DNA of 64,000 nt. Source: Polyangiaceae bacterium (GTDB taxonomy: Bacteria; Myxococcota_A; Polyangia; Polyangiales; Polyangiaceae). Of the stretch, positions 36,484 through 46,405 are shown one piece after another (within the stretch, counting starts at the first letter, position 1; every line of letters begins with the position of its first letter). The DNA is taken from positions 96,001 through 160,000 of the forward strand of contig JANRKO010000023.1 of assembly GCA_033763455.1 (NCBI GenBank). The letters are read 5' to 3'. The notes under the pieces are model-generated. The model did not search any database. It was not told the origin of the DNA and saw nothing but the letters and a program-made list of their open reading frames with translations. A program made the translations under genes and the position numbers.

Positions 36484-36894
36484 CTAACGAATCGGGACAA
36501 CCGTCACATTTCGAGCGAACGTCGAGAGCAGAAGCAGGTCGTCCGCATCTCCCGTAGCCACGAGATCACCGCGCCTTGCAGCTGAAGCTATTACTATTGC
36601 GTCCACCGCGTTCGAACCGCCGCTATCCGCTAGCAGGAGCCCTGCAGCTTGCGCGAGCTCGGGGCTTAGCCCTTCGAGAAGCGCGCTATCGAGGAGCGCT
36701 CGGTGTGAGCCGCGCCACCACTCAGCGATCACAGCTGCCGGAATGGTGATGGTTGCTCGCGACAGCCTACAGGCCTTGAGCAAAGCAAGGGCACCCGCGT
36801 GCCGGCGTTCGAGCGCAATCAACACGCCGGTGTCGAACGTCACTCCCCTAGTTGCTCGGCGGATAACCAAACGGCGTGTGGTCTTGCGAGTCAC
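36484..36894 (-). CDS. PIN-domain (VapC-type) toxin
   Basis: VTFDTGVLIA, VIAE, VDAIV, TGD..D acidic PIN residues. GTGA overlap with the antitoxin. Confidence 0.85.
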   Translation of the reverse strand: MTRKTTRRLVIRRATRGVTFDTGVLIALERRHAGALALLKACRLSRATITIPAAVIAEWWRGSHRALLDSALLEGLSPELAQAAGLLLADSGGSNAVDAIVIASAARRGDLVATGDADDLLLLSTFARNVTVVPIR

Positions 36895-37115
36895 AGGGCG
36901 CCAAGCTTTTTGAGCCAGCGATCGACCTCGCGGTCCGGAATTTCCACTCCATTCCCCAACGCTTCCAACGCTCGATCACGCGCTTCTTGACGAGCGGCGT
37001 CAGCGACCACCTCGCTCAGCACGGCGGAGGCGCTCCGTTTAACCCGCTTCGCCCTGGCGTCGATGTACCGAGCTGCGTCCGAATCGAGGGAAAAGCTGCG
37101 CTTCTGCACGGGCAT
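36891..37115 (-). CDS. Ribbon-helix-helix antitoxin
   Basis: KRSFSL ribbon followed by two helices (SASAVL). ATG 37115 with GGAGGT RBS. Confidence 0.75.
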   Translation of the reverse strand: MPVQKRSFSLDSDAARYIDARAKRVKRSASAVLSEVVADAARQEARDRALEALGNGVEIPDREVDRWLKKLGAL

Positions 37116-37140
37116 GGTCGTACCTCCAGGTAAGAAGTAT

Positions 37141-37158
37141 TCATACCATAAGGTAAGA
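37141..37158. promoter_or_regulatory. Putative operator of the RHH-PIN pair
   Basis: TCATACC-ATAA-GGTAAGA imperfect inverted repeat plus a further GGTAAG at 37129, in an AT-rich patch upstream of the antitoxin. Confidence 0.4.
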
Positions 37159-37196
37159 TTCCACGCAACAGCCCCCACCCATCTAATCCCATTCCC

Positions 37197-38186
37197 TCAA
37201 GGCACCGGGCAAACCCCAAAACCAACGATATCCGTCCCGGCTCCGTTCGCGGCGCATTCGCTAAAGTAGGTCATCCCATCGCAGCCGCAAACGCCGGCCG
37301 GTATTGCGATCGCGGCCGGCACAGCGGGCCCACCCAGAGCGCACACTTGAGGCCGCTTCTTGCAGGTCCCCGCGGCGTCCGGCGTGGTGCACGGTGTATT
37401 CACATCAAAATCACAGTATTCATCGGCAAGGCACGCAGCTCCTGCAATGCCACCACAGATTCTTGTCGGGCATCCGATCTCGGTGCACGAAGCCACGCCG
37501 CCCACACACGAACAGGTGTTGCAGCCATCCGGCGCGGGAATGTTGGTAGTACCATCGGCATAGACGTTATTCCCGATCGTGCACGAGCCCGGAGCTCGGC
37601 ACTCGCCTTTGGCACTAAAGCCCACACCCGCGGCGGCTGCGGCGCAAGCGCTGGGATACGTTTTGCCGTCGCACGCGCACACCGGGTCAAAGATGTCCGG
37701 GCACACCTGAGGGCGTTTGGCGCACGTTGAAGAGGCGTCAGCAGCACCACACAGACCGGTCCCCGCGTAAGCGCAATATTCATCGGGAGCGCAGGTGGAA
37801 CCGGCGAAACCCCCGCACACGACACTGACGCAGGCCGCCAAGGTGCACACGACAGAGCCGTTGGCGCAACTGCAGGTATTGCAGCCGTCAGGAGCTGGAA
37901 AGCTTGAGCCGCTCGGGTATTCAATATTTCCTACGACGCAATTCTTTTGGCCGGGAGTACCCCCGGTTGCCACGTGCCCACCCGTACTCCCAGCACCGCC
38001 AAGGCTCGAGCTACCCCCAGACTTCGCACCACCCAGCGACCCTGAACCCCCCACGGCTGCCACGCCGCCCGAGCCCCCCGACCCTTGCCCGGATGCCGCA
38101 TCGAAGGACCCTCCGCAGGCCAAAAGGCCGCCAAGGGAAACGGCTGAAACTACTAGGGATATGGGCTGACGTGTGGGGCGGCGCAT
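37197..38186 (-). CDS. Cys-rich lipoprotein with two pacifastin/VWC-like + Kazal-type modules (putative protease inhibitor)
   Basis: Lipobox LLAC, Gly/Ser linker, PAPDGCNTCSC..G...CT..C twice, and Kazal motifs PVCACDGKTYPSAC and VCGCDGMTYFSEC. Confidence 0.82.
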   Translation of the reverse strand: MRRPTRQPISLVVSAVSLGGLLACGGSFDAASGQGSGGSGGVAAVGGSGSLGGAKSGGSSSLGGAGSTGGHVATGGTPGQKNCVVGNIEYPSGSSFPAPDGCNTCSCANGSVVCTLAACVSVVCGGFAGSTCAPDEYCAYAGTGLCGAADASSTCAKRPQVCPDIFDPVCACDGKTYPSACAAAAAGVGFSAKGECRAPGSCTIGNNVYADGTTNIPAPDGCNTCSCVGGVASCTEIGCPTRICGGIAGAACLADEYCDFDVNTPCTTPDAAGTCKKRPQVCALGGPAVPAAIAIPAGVCGCDGMTYFSECAANGAGTDIVGFGVCPVP

Positions 38187-38198
38187 AGAGCCCGTAAT

Positions 38199-38214
38199 AG
38201 CAAGGTTGGTGCCG
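38199..38214 (-). promoter_or_regulatory. Sigma54 (-24/-12) promoter of the Kazal lipoprotein
   Basis: Minus strand CGGCAC-CAACC-TTGCT, matching TGGCAC-N5-TTGC except the first base. Confidence 0.7.
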
Positions 38215-38488
38215 AAACGGCGAGCCCCCTGCGCTAAGGGCGGCCAGTAGGGCTTCGAGCCGGCAACCTAGGGTTTTCACTCGAAAATACCAACGCCGCT
38301 TCAGAACCCATTAGAGCCCACACGCCGTGTGTCTTTCGATTCGAAGTGTGCCGCCTCACCCCCACCTGGCACAAACTAGGGCACGCCGATCCGCCTCGTG
38401 TGTGTCTTCTCGCTCATGGTCGAGAGCACCGGGCCGCCTCCACTCATGGCTCGACGCGCGTACGTCCGCTATTAAGGGGGCCCCACGG

Positions 38489-40894
38489 ATGAGGACTGCG
38501 CCTGCACTGGTACTGGTCGGGCTTCTCGCCGCAGCCGCAACTCCAGGCAACGCCCGAGCAGAGGATGAAACCAACCGAGAGGAGGCCAGCACCGTACCTC
38601 CCAAGCCGCACGTGGAACTCCCAAAGCTTCTAACGGAAGCGGTGGTTCCGTATCCCGAGGGCGGCCGAGGCGACTCGATAGTGATCTTGGCGCTTACGCT
38701 CGATCCCAGTGGGAAAGTGCTGGAAGCTGAAGCTGAAACTGGCGAGGAACCTTTCCGCTCTGCAGCAATTAACGCGGCTCGCACTTTCCAGTTCTCTCCA
38801 GCAACCCGCGGGCACGTTGCCGTTTCTTCAAAGATACGTTTTGAAGTTCTTTTCCGAGAACCCGAAGCCGCGAGTGAGGAGGTCAACGCGCCGTCCGTGA
38901 AAACGGTCGAGGTCCCCACGCCGTCTTCCCCCGAACCGCCCACTCAAGCGCTCGAAGTGGACGTACTTGGCGCGCGCACTGAGCCCACCGTTAGGCGTTT
39001 TTCCCGTGCGGAGGTGCGAGAGCTTCCCGGAGCCTTTGGCGACCCATTTCGCGCGATTGAGGCGCTTCCAGGCGTTACTCCGATATTTTCCGGGGTTCCT
39101 TTCTTTTATGTGCGTGGGGCACCTCCGGGTAACGTCGGATATTTCCTAGACGGCATCCAGGTGCCCCTCTTGTATCACGCAGGCCTCGGCCCTTCGGTTA
39201 TCCACCCGGGGTTGGTGGAAAGCGTTGACCTTTATCCGGGGGCTTACCCGAGCCGCTACGGCCGCTTTGGGGGTGGCATCGTCGCCGGAGAAACGAAAGC
39301 ACCGGAACCTGAGTGGAGAGGTGAAGGCAACATTCGGCTGTTCGATACGGGAGCCCTCGTGGAAGGGCCGTTTGCTAACGGCTATGGCAACGTGCTCGTG
39401 GCCGGCCGCTACTCCTACACAGCCGCGCTGCTTTCGCTGCTAGCCCCCAACACGCGCCTTGAATATTGGGACTACCAGGGGCGCGTGAGTTACGATCTCA
39501 GCAAACGGCGGCGGCTGACGGTATTTACGTTCGGTTCGTTTGATTATTTCGGCCAAGACGGCACCAGCGACGACAGCTTTTTCAGCACGGAATTTCACCG
39601 TGTAGATCTGCGTTACGACGAAAAACCCTCCAAAGCGAGCGAACTGCGCACAGCTGTGACACTCGGGGTTGACCGAACGCGCGGAGGCGACGGTGACGAC
39701 TACGTGATCGATCAGAAGTTCGGAATTCGCAGCGAATACAAGAACCAGCTTTCCAAAAGCGCGCTTTTACGCGCCGGGGTCGACAGCACGCTGGACCATT
39801 ACAGGGTAGAGGTGGCGCAAAGCTCCATGGATTCGGATGGGGCGGCTCCAAGCGAGGGACCGTCCAGGCCGGCGCCCAACCTAAGCGAGCCCGGGACCGC
39901 ACCAGATCCAGTGCAAAGCCCGCTCAATCCCAATCCACCGACATCGAACCCCACCGACGCGGTTCCCACTACTGACAGCAACGAAGATACAAGAGTCAAC
40001 TTTCCGAGTCGAAGCGATGTTGCCATGGGAGTGCACGCAGATGTCGTGTGGAAGGTTGCCCCGCGGGTAACGCTCACTCCTGGCGCGCGCCTCGATTACT
40101 ACAGCTCCGATGGCGCCTCAGCCGTCGCGCTTGAGCCACGAGTGACCGCGCAATATCAGATCAGCCGGGCCCTTAGCCTCACGAACGCGCTCGGCCTGGC
40201 TCACCAGCCGCCCAGCTTTGTGATCCCGCTTCCGGGCTTCCAGTTGGGCGGCCTGCGAGGTGGGCTCCAACGAAGTGTCCAAAGTAGCTTCGGCGGGGAG
40301 TTGGAACTTGGTGATGACCAACAGTTAAGCGTCACTACGTTTCACAACGTATTTTTCAACATGACAGATATTCTAAGCCTGGTGCGCGCAGGCGACCGCT
40401 TAGATCTGGGTTTTGATACCAAAACCACGGGCCAAGCCTACGGCGTCGAAGTTCTCTTCAAACGCGATCTTTCTCGTCATTTAGGCGGATTTGTGAGTTA
40501 CACACTCTCACGCTCCATTCGCTATACGGACATCGGCCGCTTGCCAGCTTCATTCGATCGCACGCACGTCTTCAATGGCGCCCTCGCCTACGATATCGGC
40601 CGCAACTGGCGTGGCGGTGGCAAGCTAACCTTTTACACGGGCTCACCCGGAACCGGCGAATTTACCTTTGAAAAACCGCAGCGTTTGCCGCCCTACTATC
40701 GCCTCGACGTACGTTTGGAAAAACGCTGGCAACTCGATCGCCCCAAGAGCTCGATTTCGTTTGTGCTTGAGGTTTTGAACACGACGTTGAACAGAGAGGC
40801 CATTGATCAATCGTGCGACCCCTTGAATGGGTGCCGTACCGAATACGTGGGGCCGGTGACCATCCCGAGCATTGGTGTAGAAGGCACCTTCTAG
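38489..40894 (+). CDS. TonB-dependent receptor with N-terminal TonB_C domain
   Basis: Signal peptide, TonB_C (VPYP..LTLDPSGKV..AAR.FQFSPA), plug (LPGAFGDPFRAIEALPGV..YLDGI..RYG..GG), barrel (EPR, AYGVE, RLDVR) and terminal F. ATG 38489. Confidence 0.92.
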   Translation: MRTAPALVLVGLLAAAATPGNARAEDETNREEASTVPPKPHVELPKLLTEAVVPYPEGGRGDSIVILALTLDPSGKVLEAEAETGEEPFRSAAINAARTFQFSPATRGHVAVSSKIRFEVLFREPEAASEEVNAPSVKTVEVPTPSSPEPPTQALEVDVLGARTEPTVRRFSRAEVRELPGAFGDPFRAIEALPGVTPIFSGVPFFYVRGAPPGNVGYFLDGIQVPLLYHAGLGPSVIHPGLVESVDLYPGAYPSRYGRFGGGIVAGETKAPEPEWRGEGNIRLFDTGALVEGPFANGYGNVLVAGRYSYTAALLSLLAPNTRLEYWDYQGRVSYDLSKRRRLTVFTFGSFDYFGQDGTSDDSFFSTEFHRVDLRYDEKPSKASELRTAVTLGVDRTRGGDGDDYVIDQKFGIRSEYKNQLSKSALLRAGVDSTLDHYRVEVAQSSMDSDGAAPSEGPSRPAPNLSEPGTAPDPVQSPLNPNPPTSNPTDAVPTTDSNEDTRVNFPSRSDVAMGVHADVVWKVAPRVTLTPGARLDYYSSDGASAVALEPRVTAQYQISRALSLTNALGLAHQPPSFVIPLPGFQLGGLRGGLQRSVQSSFGGELELGDDQQLSVTTFHNVFFNMTDILSLVRAGDRLDLGFDTKTTGQAYGVEVLFKRDLSRHLGGFVSYTLSRSIRYTDIGRLPASFDRTHVFNGALAYDIGRNWRGGGKLTFYTGSPGTGEFTFEKPQRLPPYYRLDVRLEKRWQLDRPKSSISFVLEVLNTTLNREAIDQSCDPLNGCRTEYVGPVTIPSIGVEGTF

Positions 40895-40969
40895 GGGCGG
40901 AGCTACCAAGTACCCACGGCTGGAGGTCTCTTTCGTGAGAGGATCCCCCCGGCAGCCCCCGCCTCAAAT

Positions 40970-42505
40970 TCACATCACTGCGCCAATTTGCCAAGGCACG
41001 AACTCTTGATCCCCGATCCCCAAGAGCTCGCTCTTGGACTTTTCTCCCGATGCCACGCGCAAAATAAGCTCAAATATTTCTTGGCCCTTCGACGCAATGG
41101 TAGCGCCGCCATCGATAATGTCCCCGCAATTGACGTCCATGTCTTCGCGCATACGCTCGAAGAGACCCGTACTGGTAGCAAGCTTGATGCTGGGCGTGGG
41201 CTTGCAGCCGAATACGGAGCCACGCCCCGTGGTGAAGCAAAGGATATTGGCTCCGCTTGCAACTTGGCCTGTTGCCGAACACGGATCGTACCCAGGGGAA
41301 TCCATGAAAACGAAGCCCTTCTGGGTGATTGGCTCCGCATACTCGTAAACGTCCACAAGCGGCGAGGTACCGCATTTAGCGACCGCCCCGAGCGACTTCT
41401 CTAAGATGGTGGTGAGGCCCCCGGCCTTGTTCCCCGGTGAGGGATTATTGTTCATCTCGGCCCCGTGCTTCTTCGTGTAGCTCTCCCACCAAGCTAGGCG
41501 CGCCATCAGTTTCTCGGCCACTTTGGATGTCACCGCGCGGCGAATCAGAAGATGCTCCGCACCGTAAATTTCGGGCGTTTCGCTCAAAATCGCCGTGCCG
41601 CCTTGAGCCACCAATAGATCCACCGCGCGCCCAAGTGCAGGATTTGCAGTAATGCCCGAATAGCCATCCGAGCCGCCGCACTGCAAAGCCAACATCAAGT
41701 GCGAGGCGCTCACAGATTCTCGGCGCGTCTGATTGGCAACTGGTAGCATTTTTTCGATCAGTTGCACCCCGCGTTCAATGGCCTTAAGGGTGCCACCCGC
41801 GTCTTGAATACTGAGCGTTTGCAGTAAATCCCCCGCAATCAGCCCCTGGTGTTCACATAGATCTTTGGGTTGATTCACCTCACAGCCTAGGCCCGCAATC
41901 AAAGCACCGGTGAAGTTGGGATGGCGCGCAAACCCGGCCAAAGTGCGCTGTAGGAGTTCGTAGCCCTCCCCGCTGCCGGCCATGCCGCAGCCCTGGCCGT
42001 GCACGGTTGCCATAACGCCATCTACATTAGGGAAATCAGACAAACCGCGCGTCCGAAAGCGCTCCACAATCCCGGTGGCAACGGCAGCCGAACAATTCAC
42101 GCTGGTTAGCACCGCAAGATAATTACGGGTGGCAACCCTGCCATTGGGCCGCACGATCCCTTGGAAATACGCAGGTGCTGGTGGCTGCACCGAACCAGCT
42201 TTCCCCGATTCCTCTGTGCGTGTGAAATCGAGAGCCAGCGCTCCCATCTCGCAATTGTGGGTGTGCACGTGTTCGCCGGCTGTTATCGGACGGCTCGCAA
42301 AGCCGATAACCTGTCCGTATTTCCTAACGGGAGCACCCAGCGCGATAGCAGCGAGCGCTAACTTGTGGCCTGTAGCGATATCGGCGAGCGCCGTAACGCC
42401 GACCCCAACAACGGTGCCCCGCCCAATGGCGCGGGTGGCGACACCCACGTTATCCGAAGGGTCGAGTTTCAGAACGGATGGTGTTTTCTGGAGATTGGCC
42501 AACAT
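40970..42505 (-). CDS. UxaA/GarD-family sugar-acid dehydratase (SAF + catalytic domain)
   Basis: GHKLAL..KYGQ.IG..HVHTHN, CGGSDGYSGITANP, SETPE, NPSPGNKAGG..TILEKSLG, FTTGRG. Confidence 0.93.
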   Translation of the reverse strand: MLANLQKTPSVLKLDPSDNVGVATRAIGRGTVVGVGVTALADIATGHKLALAAIALGAPVRKYGQVIGFASRPITAGEHVHTHNCEMGALALDFTRTEESGKAGSVQPPAPAYFQGIVRPNGRVATRNYLAVLTSVNCSAAVATGIVERFRTRGLSDFPNVDGVMATVHGQGCGMAGSGEGYELLQRTLAGFARHPNFTGALIAGLGCEVNQPKDLCEHQGLIAGDLLQTLSIQDAGGTLKAIERGVQLIEKMLPVANQTRRESVSASHLMLALQCGGSDGYSGITANPALGRAVDLLVAQGGTAILSETPEIYGAEHLLIRRAVTSKVAEKLMARLAWWESYTKKHGAEMNNNPSPGNKAGGLTTILEKSLGAVAKCGTSPLVDVYEYAEPITQKGFVFMDSPGYDPCSATGQVASGANILCFTTGRGSVFGCKPTPSIKLATSTGLFERMREDMDVNCGDIIDGGATIASKGQEIFELILRVASGEKSKSELLGIGDQEFVPWQIGAVM

Positions 42506-42699
42506 GCGCTTAGGCTCGAAAGCCTAGCTCAAAGCCGAGCTTTTGGTCGCCGGCCTTTCTCGAGAGAAGGTCTCACCTACCAGAGCCGCGGCATTTTGCG
42601 GGGTGCCGGAAGGCGCCGTGCCTCTGCTGTGGGTTGCCGCAAGCCGCGGCCCACGAAAAAAAGCCTACCTCACGCCGTGATTTCCGAGACGGCCAGTGC

Positions 42700-45126
42700 T
42701 CACGCAAGAAAGGCTAACTCAAAGCCCTGACCTCGGTCGTCAAAGGTCAGGGTACCGGCGTCTAGCGCCACTGGTTTTCCATCCAAAGATGCGGAACTTC
42801 CAGAAACGTTTAGCAACACCACGCGAAACTTCTCGCGCGCAAACTCCGGGTAACCGGAGCCGCTGGTCTCCGCCTTGAGAGTGATTTCGGTGCCACGCCG
42901 CTTGAGCGTGAAGCGGGTGCGCAGGCGTGTGTCCGAATTCGCTGCGAAGGTAAGGCCGTCATCCTCCTGAAGCTCGGAAGTAAAAGTGCCGTCTTCAAGC
43001 GGTACGGCCACGAACAGATCTAGCACCTTCGGTGCCAAGCCTGAGGTCGACATCGGAATGTCTTGGTGCGCTGCAATCACATGCCCACCGCGAACTAATA
43101 ATGGGATGTGCTCCATCGGAGCATCTAGCGTTCGATACTGCCCACCTTCATAAGTTTCGCGCGTGTACCAGTCTATCCAGCTGCCAGGAGGAAGGTACAC
43201 GTTGCGCGCCACAACTCCGGGTTGGATGACAGGTGCCACCAAGAGCCCACGGCCAAGCAAAAACTGATCATCGGTTTCGCGCGCTTGCCGATCCTGCTGA
43301 AAGTCAAAGACAAGAGGGCGTTGGATGGGCTCGCCCGTTTCGCTTGAAAGGACGAACGCCGTGTAAATGTAGGGCAACAGCTGATAACGCAGCATGAGTG
43401 CGTCCCGACAGGCTCGCTCCACACCCGGGCCGAAAGACCAGGGATATTGATCATCGAAACGCACGCAATTGTGGCCACGCGCAAACGGGGTGAGCACGCC
43501 GTACTGCATCCAACGCACCATGAGCTCGGGCGTGGGGGTCTGGAAGAACCCTGGAATATCCGCGCCGACAAATGGCTGCCCGGAAAGGCCAAGCCCGTTC
43601 GCCATGGGTAGGCTCATCTCGAGATGGTCCCAGCGTGAAGCGTTATCTCCCATCCAATTGGCACTCACGCGTTGAATGCCAGCAAAGCCCGCTCGACTCA
43701 AGATGAAGGTACGCTCGTTCGGGCGCGCGGCTAAAAGCCCGTCGCGGGTTCCCATTGCCATCAAGAAGCCGTACTGATTGTGAAAACGCTCGTGGGGGTG
43801 GTTGGCTCCATCTCGATCAAAACGCATAGGAAGTGGAGAAATGCTGCCGGTGGCGGGCTCATTCATGTCGTTCCAAATTCCGGCCAACCCACTTTCCACG
43901 TGAGCGGCGTTTAGCTGGCCCCACCAAGCGCGCGCTTCGGGCTTAGAAAAGTCGGGGAAAACAGTACGCCCAGGCCACACCATACCCACGTAGAGCTGCC
44001 CGTTTTCCACCTTGCAAAATAGATTTTGGCTCGCGCCCTCGTCGAAGACTCTGTACCCAGACTCGTGTTTTACGCCTGGATCGATGATCGTTACCATGCG
44101 AAAGCCACGCTCGCGAAGCTCTCCCAGCATTTGATGCGGCGCCGGAAATTTCTCCTTATCCCACGTAAAAACGCGGTACCCATCCATGTAATGGATGTCG
44201 AGCCAGAGCACATCGCACGGTAGCTTGCGCTCACGATACTCATCAGCTAACCGCAAGACATCTGGCTGATGGTAATCGAACCAACGGCACTGATGGTAGC
44301 CAAGGCTCCACAGCGGCGGCAGCTGCATGCGCCCTGTGAGCCAGGTATAGGCCTCCAAGATGCTCTCCATGCCTGGCCCCGCGAACACATATTCGGTGTA
44401 TTGGCCACCTTGGAACTCGTAGGAGTAGTGATCCTTATCGGTGTAATCGAACTTCGCAAGGTAACCGTTGTCCACGAACATCCCCGCAAACCGGGTTCCC
44501 GCGCGATCGGTGACCGCATGATAGTAAAACGGGATCGTCATGTAGTAGGGATCAAACTTCGGGCTAATGAAGTCGGAGTTCTCAACCATGGTGAGCCGGC
44601 TCAACGCCAAGCCATCTGAGGTGGCGATGTCGTAGTTCCACATCACGTACTTCTGCCCGCGTCGATTCAACGGGCCAGTCTTTTCCCCCAGGCCATAAAA
44701 GCTATCGTGCACTCCCCGCTTGCGCGTCACGACGAAGGTATCGTTCAAATACAGGTACGCTTCAGGGCCGTTCTTGCCGTCGGCACTCTCGAAAATCGCG
44801 CTACCGTCGCTGCGGTACGCATGAAATGCAAAGGGCGCCTTTTGCACCACTACCCGGAGCGCTGGGGTGCTGAGCACGAAGCGCTCCCCTTCGTCTGTCA
44901 GAGTAAACGTTACCGGGCTGAATGCTCGCTGGCACACGGCATAGGTAGGCTCTTCGTCAAATTTACCCGCCTGTGAGATCTTGAACCTCACCACATCGTT
45001 GCGCAGCACATCCACGCGAAAAAGCTCTTCTCCTACGCGAAAAAGTGCGCCCTTTGCCGATTGCTCCACCCCGGAGACATTTGCTAACCCGACGAAGTTG
45101 TCCTTAGTAATCCAAGCCTTTGACAT
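42700..45126 (-). CDS. Glycoside hydrolase family 31 (alpha-glucosidase-like)
   Basis: YGLGEK, LGYHQCRW, WLDIHYM, catalytic WNDMNEP, WMGDN, GADIPGF. ATG 45126. Confidence 0.94.
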   Translation of the reverse strand: MSKAWITKDNFVGLANVSGVEQSAKGALFRVGEELFRVDVLRNDVVRFKISQAGKFDEEPTYAVCQRAFSPVTFTLTDEGERFVLSTPALRVVVQKAPFAFHAYRSDGSAIFESADGKNGPEAYLYLNDTFVVTRKRGVHDSFYGLGEKTGPLNRRGQKYVMWNYDIATSDGLALSRLTMVENSDFISPKFDPYYMTIPFYYHAVTDRAGTRFAGMFVDNGYLAKFDYTDKDHYSYEFQGGQYTEYVFAGPGMESILEAYTWLTGRMQLPPLWSLGYHQCRWFDYHQPDVLRLADEYRERKLPCDVLWLDIHYMDGYRVFTWDKEKFPAPHQMLGELRERGFRMVTIIDPGVKHESGYRVFDEGASQNLFCKVENGQLYVGMVWPGRTVFPDFSKPEARAWWGQLNAAHVESGLAGIWNDMNEPATGSISPLPMRFDRDGANHPHERFHNQYGFLMAMGTRDGLLAARPNERTFILSRAGFAGIQRVSANWMGDNASRWDHLEMSLPMANGLGLSGQPFVGADIPGFFQTPTPELMVRWMQYGVLTPFARGHNCVRFDDQYPWSFGPGVERACRDALMLRYQLLPYIYTAFVLSSETGEPIQRPLVFDFQQDRQARETDDQFLLGRGLLVAPVIQPGVVARNVYLPPGSWIDWYTRETYEGGQYRTLDAPMEHIPLLVRGGHVIAAHQDIPMSTSGLAPKVLDLFVAVPLEDGTFTSELQEDDGLTFAANSDTRLRTRFTLKRRGTEITLKAETSGSGYPEFAREKFRVVLLNVSGSSASLDGKPVALDAGTLTFDDRGQGFELAFLA

Positions 45127-45279
45127 CGCGCGGAGCAGAGCACCCGAAAGCCGAGCGAGCAACGGATTTCTCCGAGCTCAGCGTTCGCTTTCGACACAAG
45201 TAGCACCAATCCGCCACAAATAGGCACATTCTATCGAGCTTGGTAGTCACTCGGGCGCAACGGGCATAAAGGAGCAGTC

Positions 45280-46401
45280 ATGTTTCGCCGTTTGGTCCCG
45301 CTTTTCTTAGCCGCCGCCCTCTTCGCTACCTTTGGGTGGACACTCTACTTCTTGTACCAAAAGTCCAAGGAACGGCCCGTTGTATTTGAAGTGGGCACGC
45401 CCAAGATGGCCTCCATTACCAAAAAGACGGTCGCGGCGGGAGCCATCGTTCCGCGCCGGGAGGTCGCCATAAAGTCTAGAGTTTCCGGCATTATCTCTGA
45501 GCTCTTCGTCAAACCGGGAGATGTGGTGAAAAAGGATGGGGCTCTCGCGCGCATCAAAATCATTCCGAACGTCGTAACGCTCAACAACGCCGAGGCTTCC
45601 GTCTCTTCCGCAAAGATAAGTTTCGAGAATGCCAAGCGCGAACGCGAGCGTTACAAATCTCTACTCGACGACGGGGTGCTCAGCCAGACGGACTTCAACC
45701 GCTACGAAGTTGACTTTCAACTACGCCAGCAGGAGCTGGCAACCGCCACCAGCAACCTCAGCTTGATCAAGGATGGCGCGGCTCGCGGGGCCGGCAGAGT
45801 CTCCAATGAGGTCGTCTCAACCGTTCCGGGCACCGTCATCGAAGTGCCCGTGAAAGAGGGCTCTTCCGTAATTGAGAGCAACAACTTCAACGATGGCACG
45901 ACCATCGCGGCTATTGCCGACATGAACGACATGCTATTTCAAGGTACGGTGGACGAATCTGAGATAGGTAAGCTCAAAGAGGGCATGCCGGTTGACATCA
46001 CGATTGGGGCCATCGAAGGCCAGAAATTCAGTGGGAATTTGGAGTACATTTCACCCAAAGGGGTCGCCAAAGAAGGCACTATTGAGTTCGAGGTAAAAGC
46101 TACGATCAAGCTCGCAGCCGGCCCTTTCATCCGAGCCAACTACAGCGCCAATGCCGACATCATTCTCGACAGACGAGAATCTGTACTTGCCATTGAGGAG
46201 AGCCTGCTCAGCTTTGAGAAAGGCAAGCCTTATGTAGAGGTGGAGGTGGGGCCACAGCGCTTTGAAAGGCGGGCCATAACGCTTGGGCTTTCTGATGGCG
46301 TGAACGTTGAAGTCTTGTCGGGGCTCGACCTAAAGGCGAAGGTGAAGCGACCACAAGCGGTGGCTAGTGATGGGGGGAAAGGCCCCAAACGGGGGCACTG
46401 A
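45280..46401 (+). CDS. Efflux periplasmic adaptor (MacA/HlyD-family membrane fusion protein)
   Basis: N-terminal TM, lipoyl halves (SRVSGII.ELFVKPGD.VKK; PGTV...VKEG), VDESEIGKL..GM, LGLSDG..VEVLSGL. AGGAG RBS. Confidence 0.9.
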   Translation: MFRRLVPLFLAAALFATFGWTLYFLYQKSKERPVVFEVGTPKMASITKKTVAAGAIVPRREVAIKSRVSGIISELFVKPGDVVKKDGALARIKIIPNVVTLNNAEASVSSAKISFENAKRERERYKSLLDDGVLSQTDFNRYEVDFQLRQQELATATSNLSLIKDGAARGAGRVSNEVVSTVPGTVIEVPVKEGSSVIESNNFNDGTTIAAIADMNDMLFQGTVDESEIGKLKEGMPVDITIGAIEGQKFSGNLEYISPKGVAKEGTIEFEVKATIKLAAGPFIRANYSANADIILDRRESVLAIEESLLSFEKGKPYVEVEVGPQRFERRAITLGLSDGVNVEVLSGLDLKAKVKRPQAVASDGGKGPKRGH

Positions 46402-46405
46402 GAGC

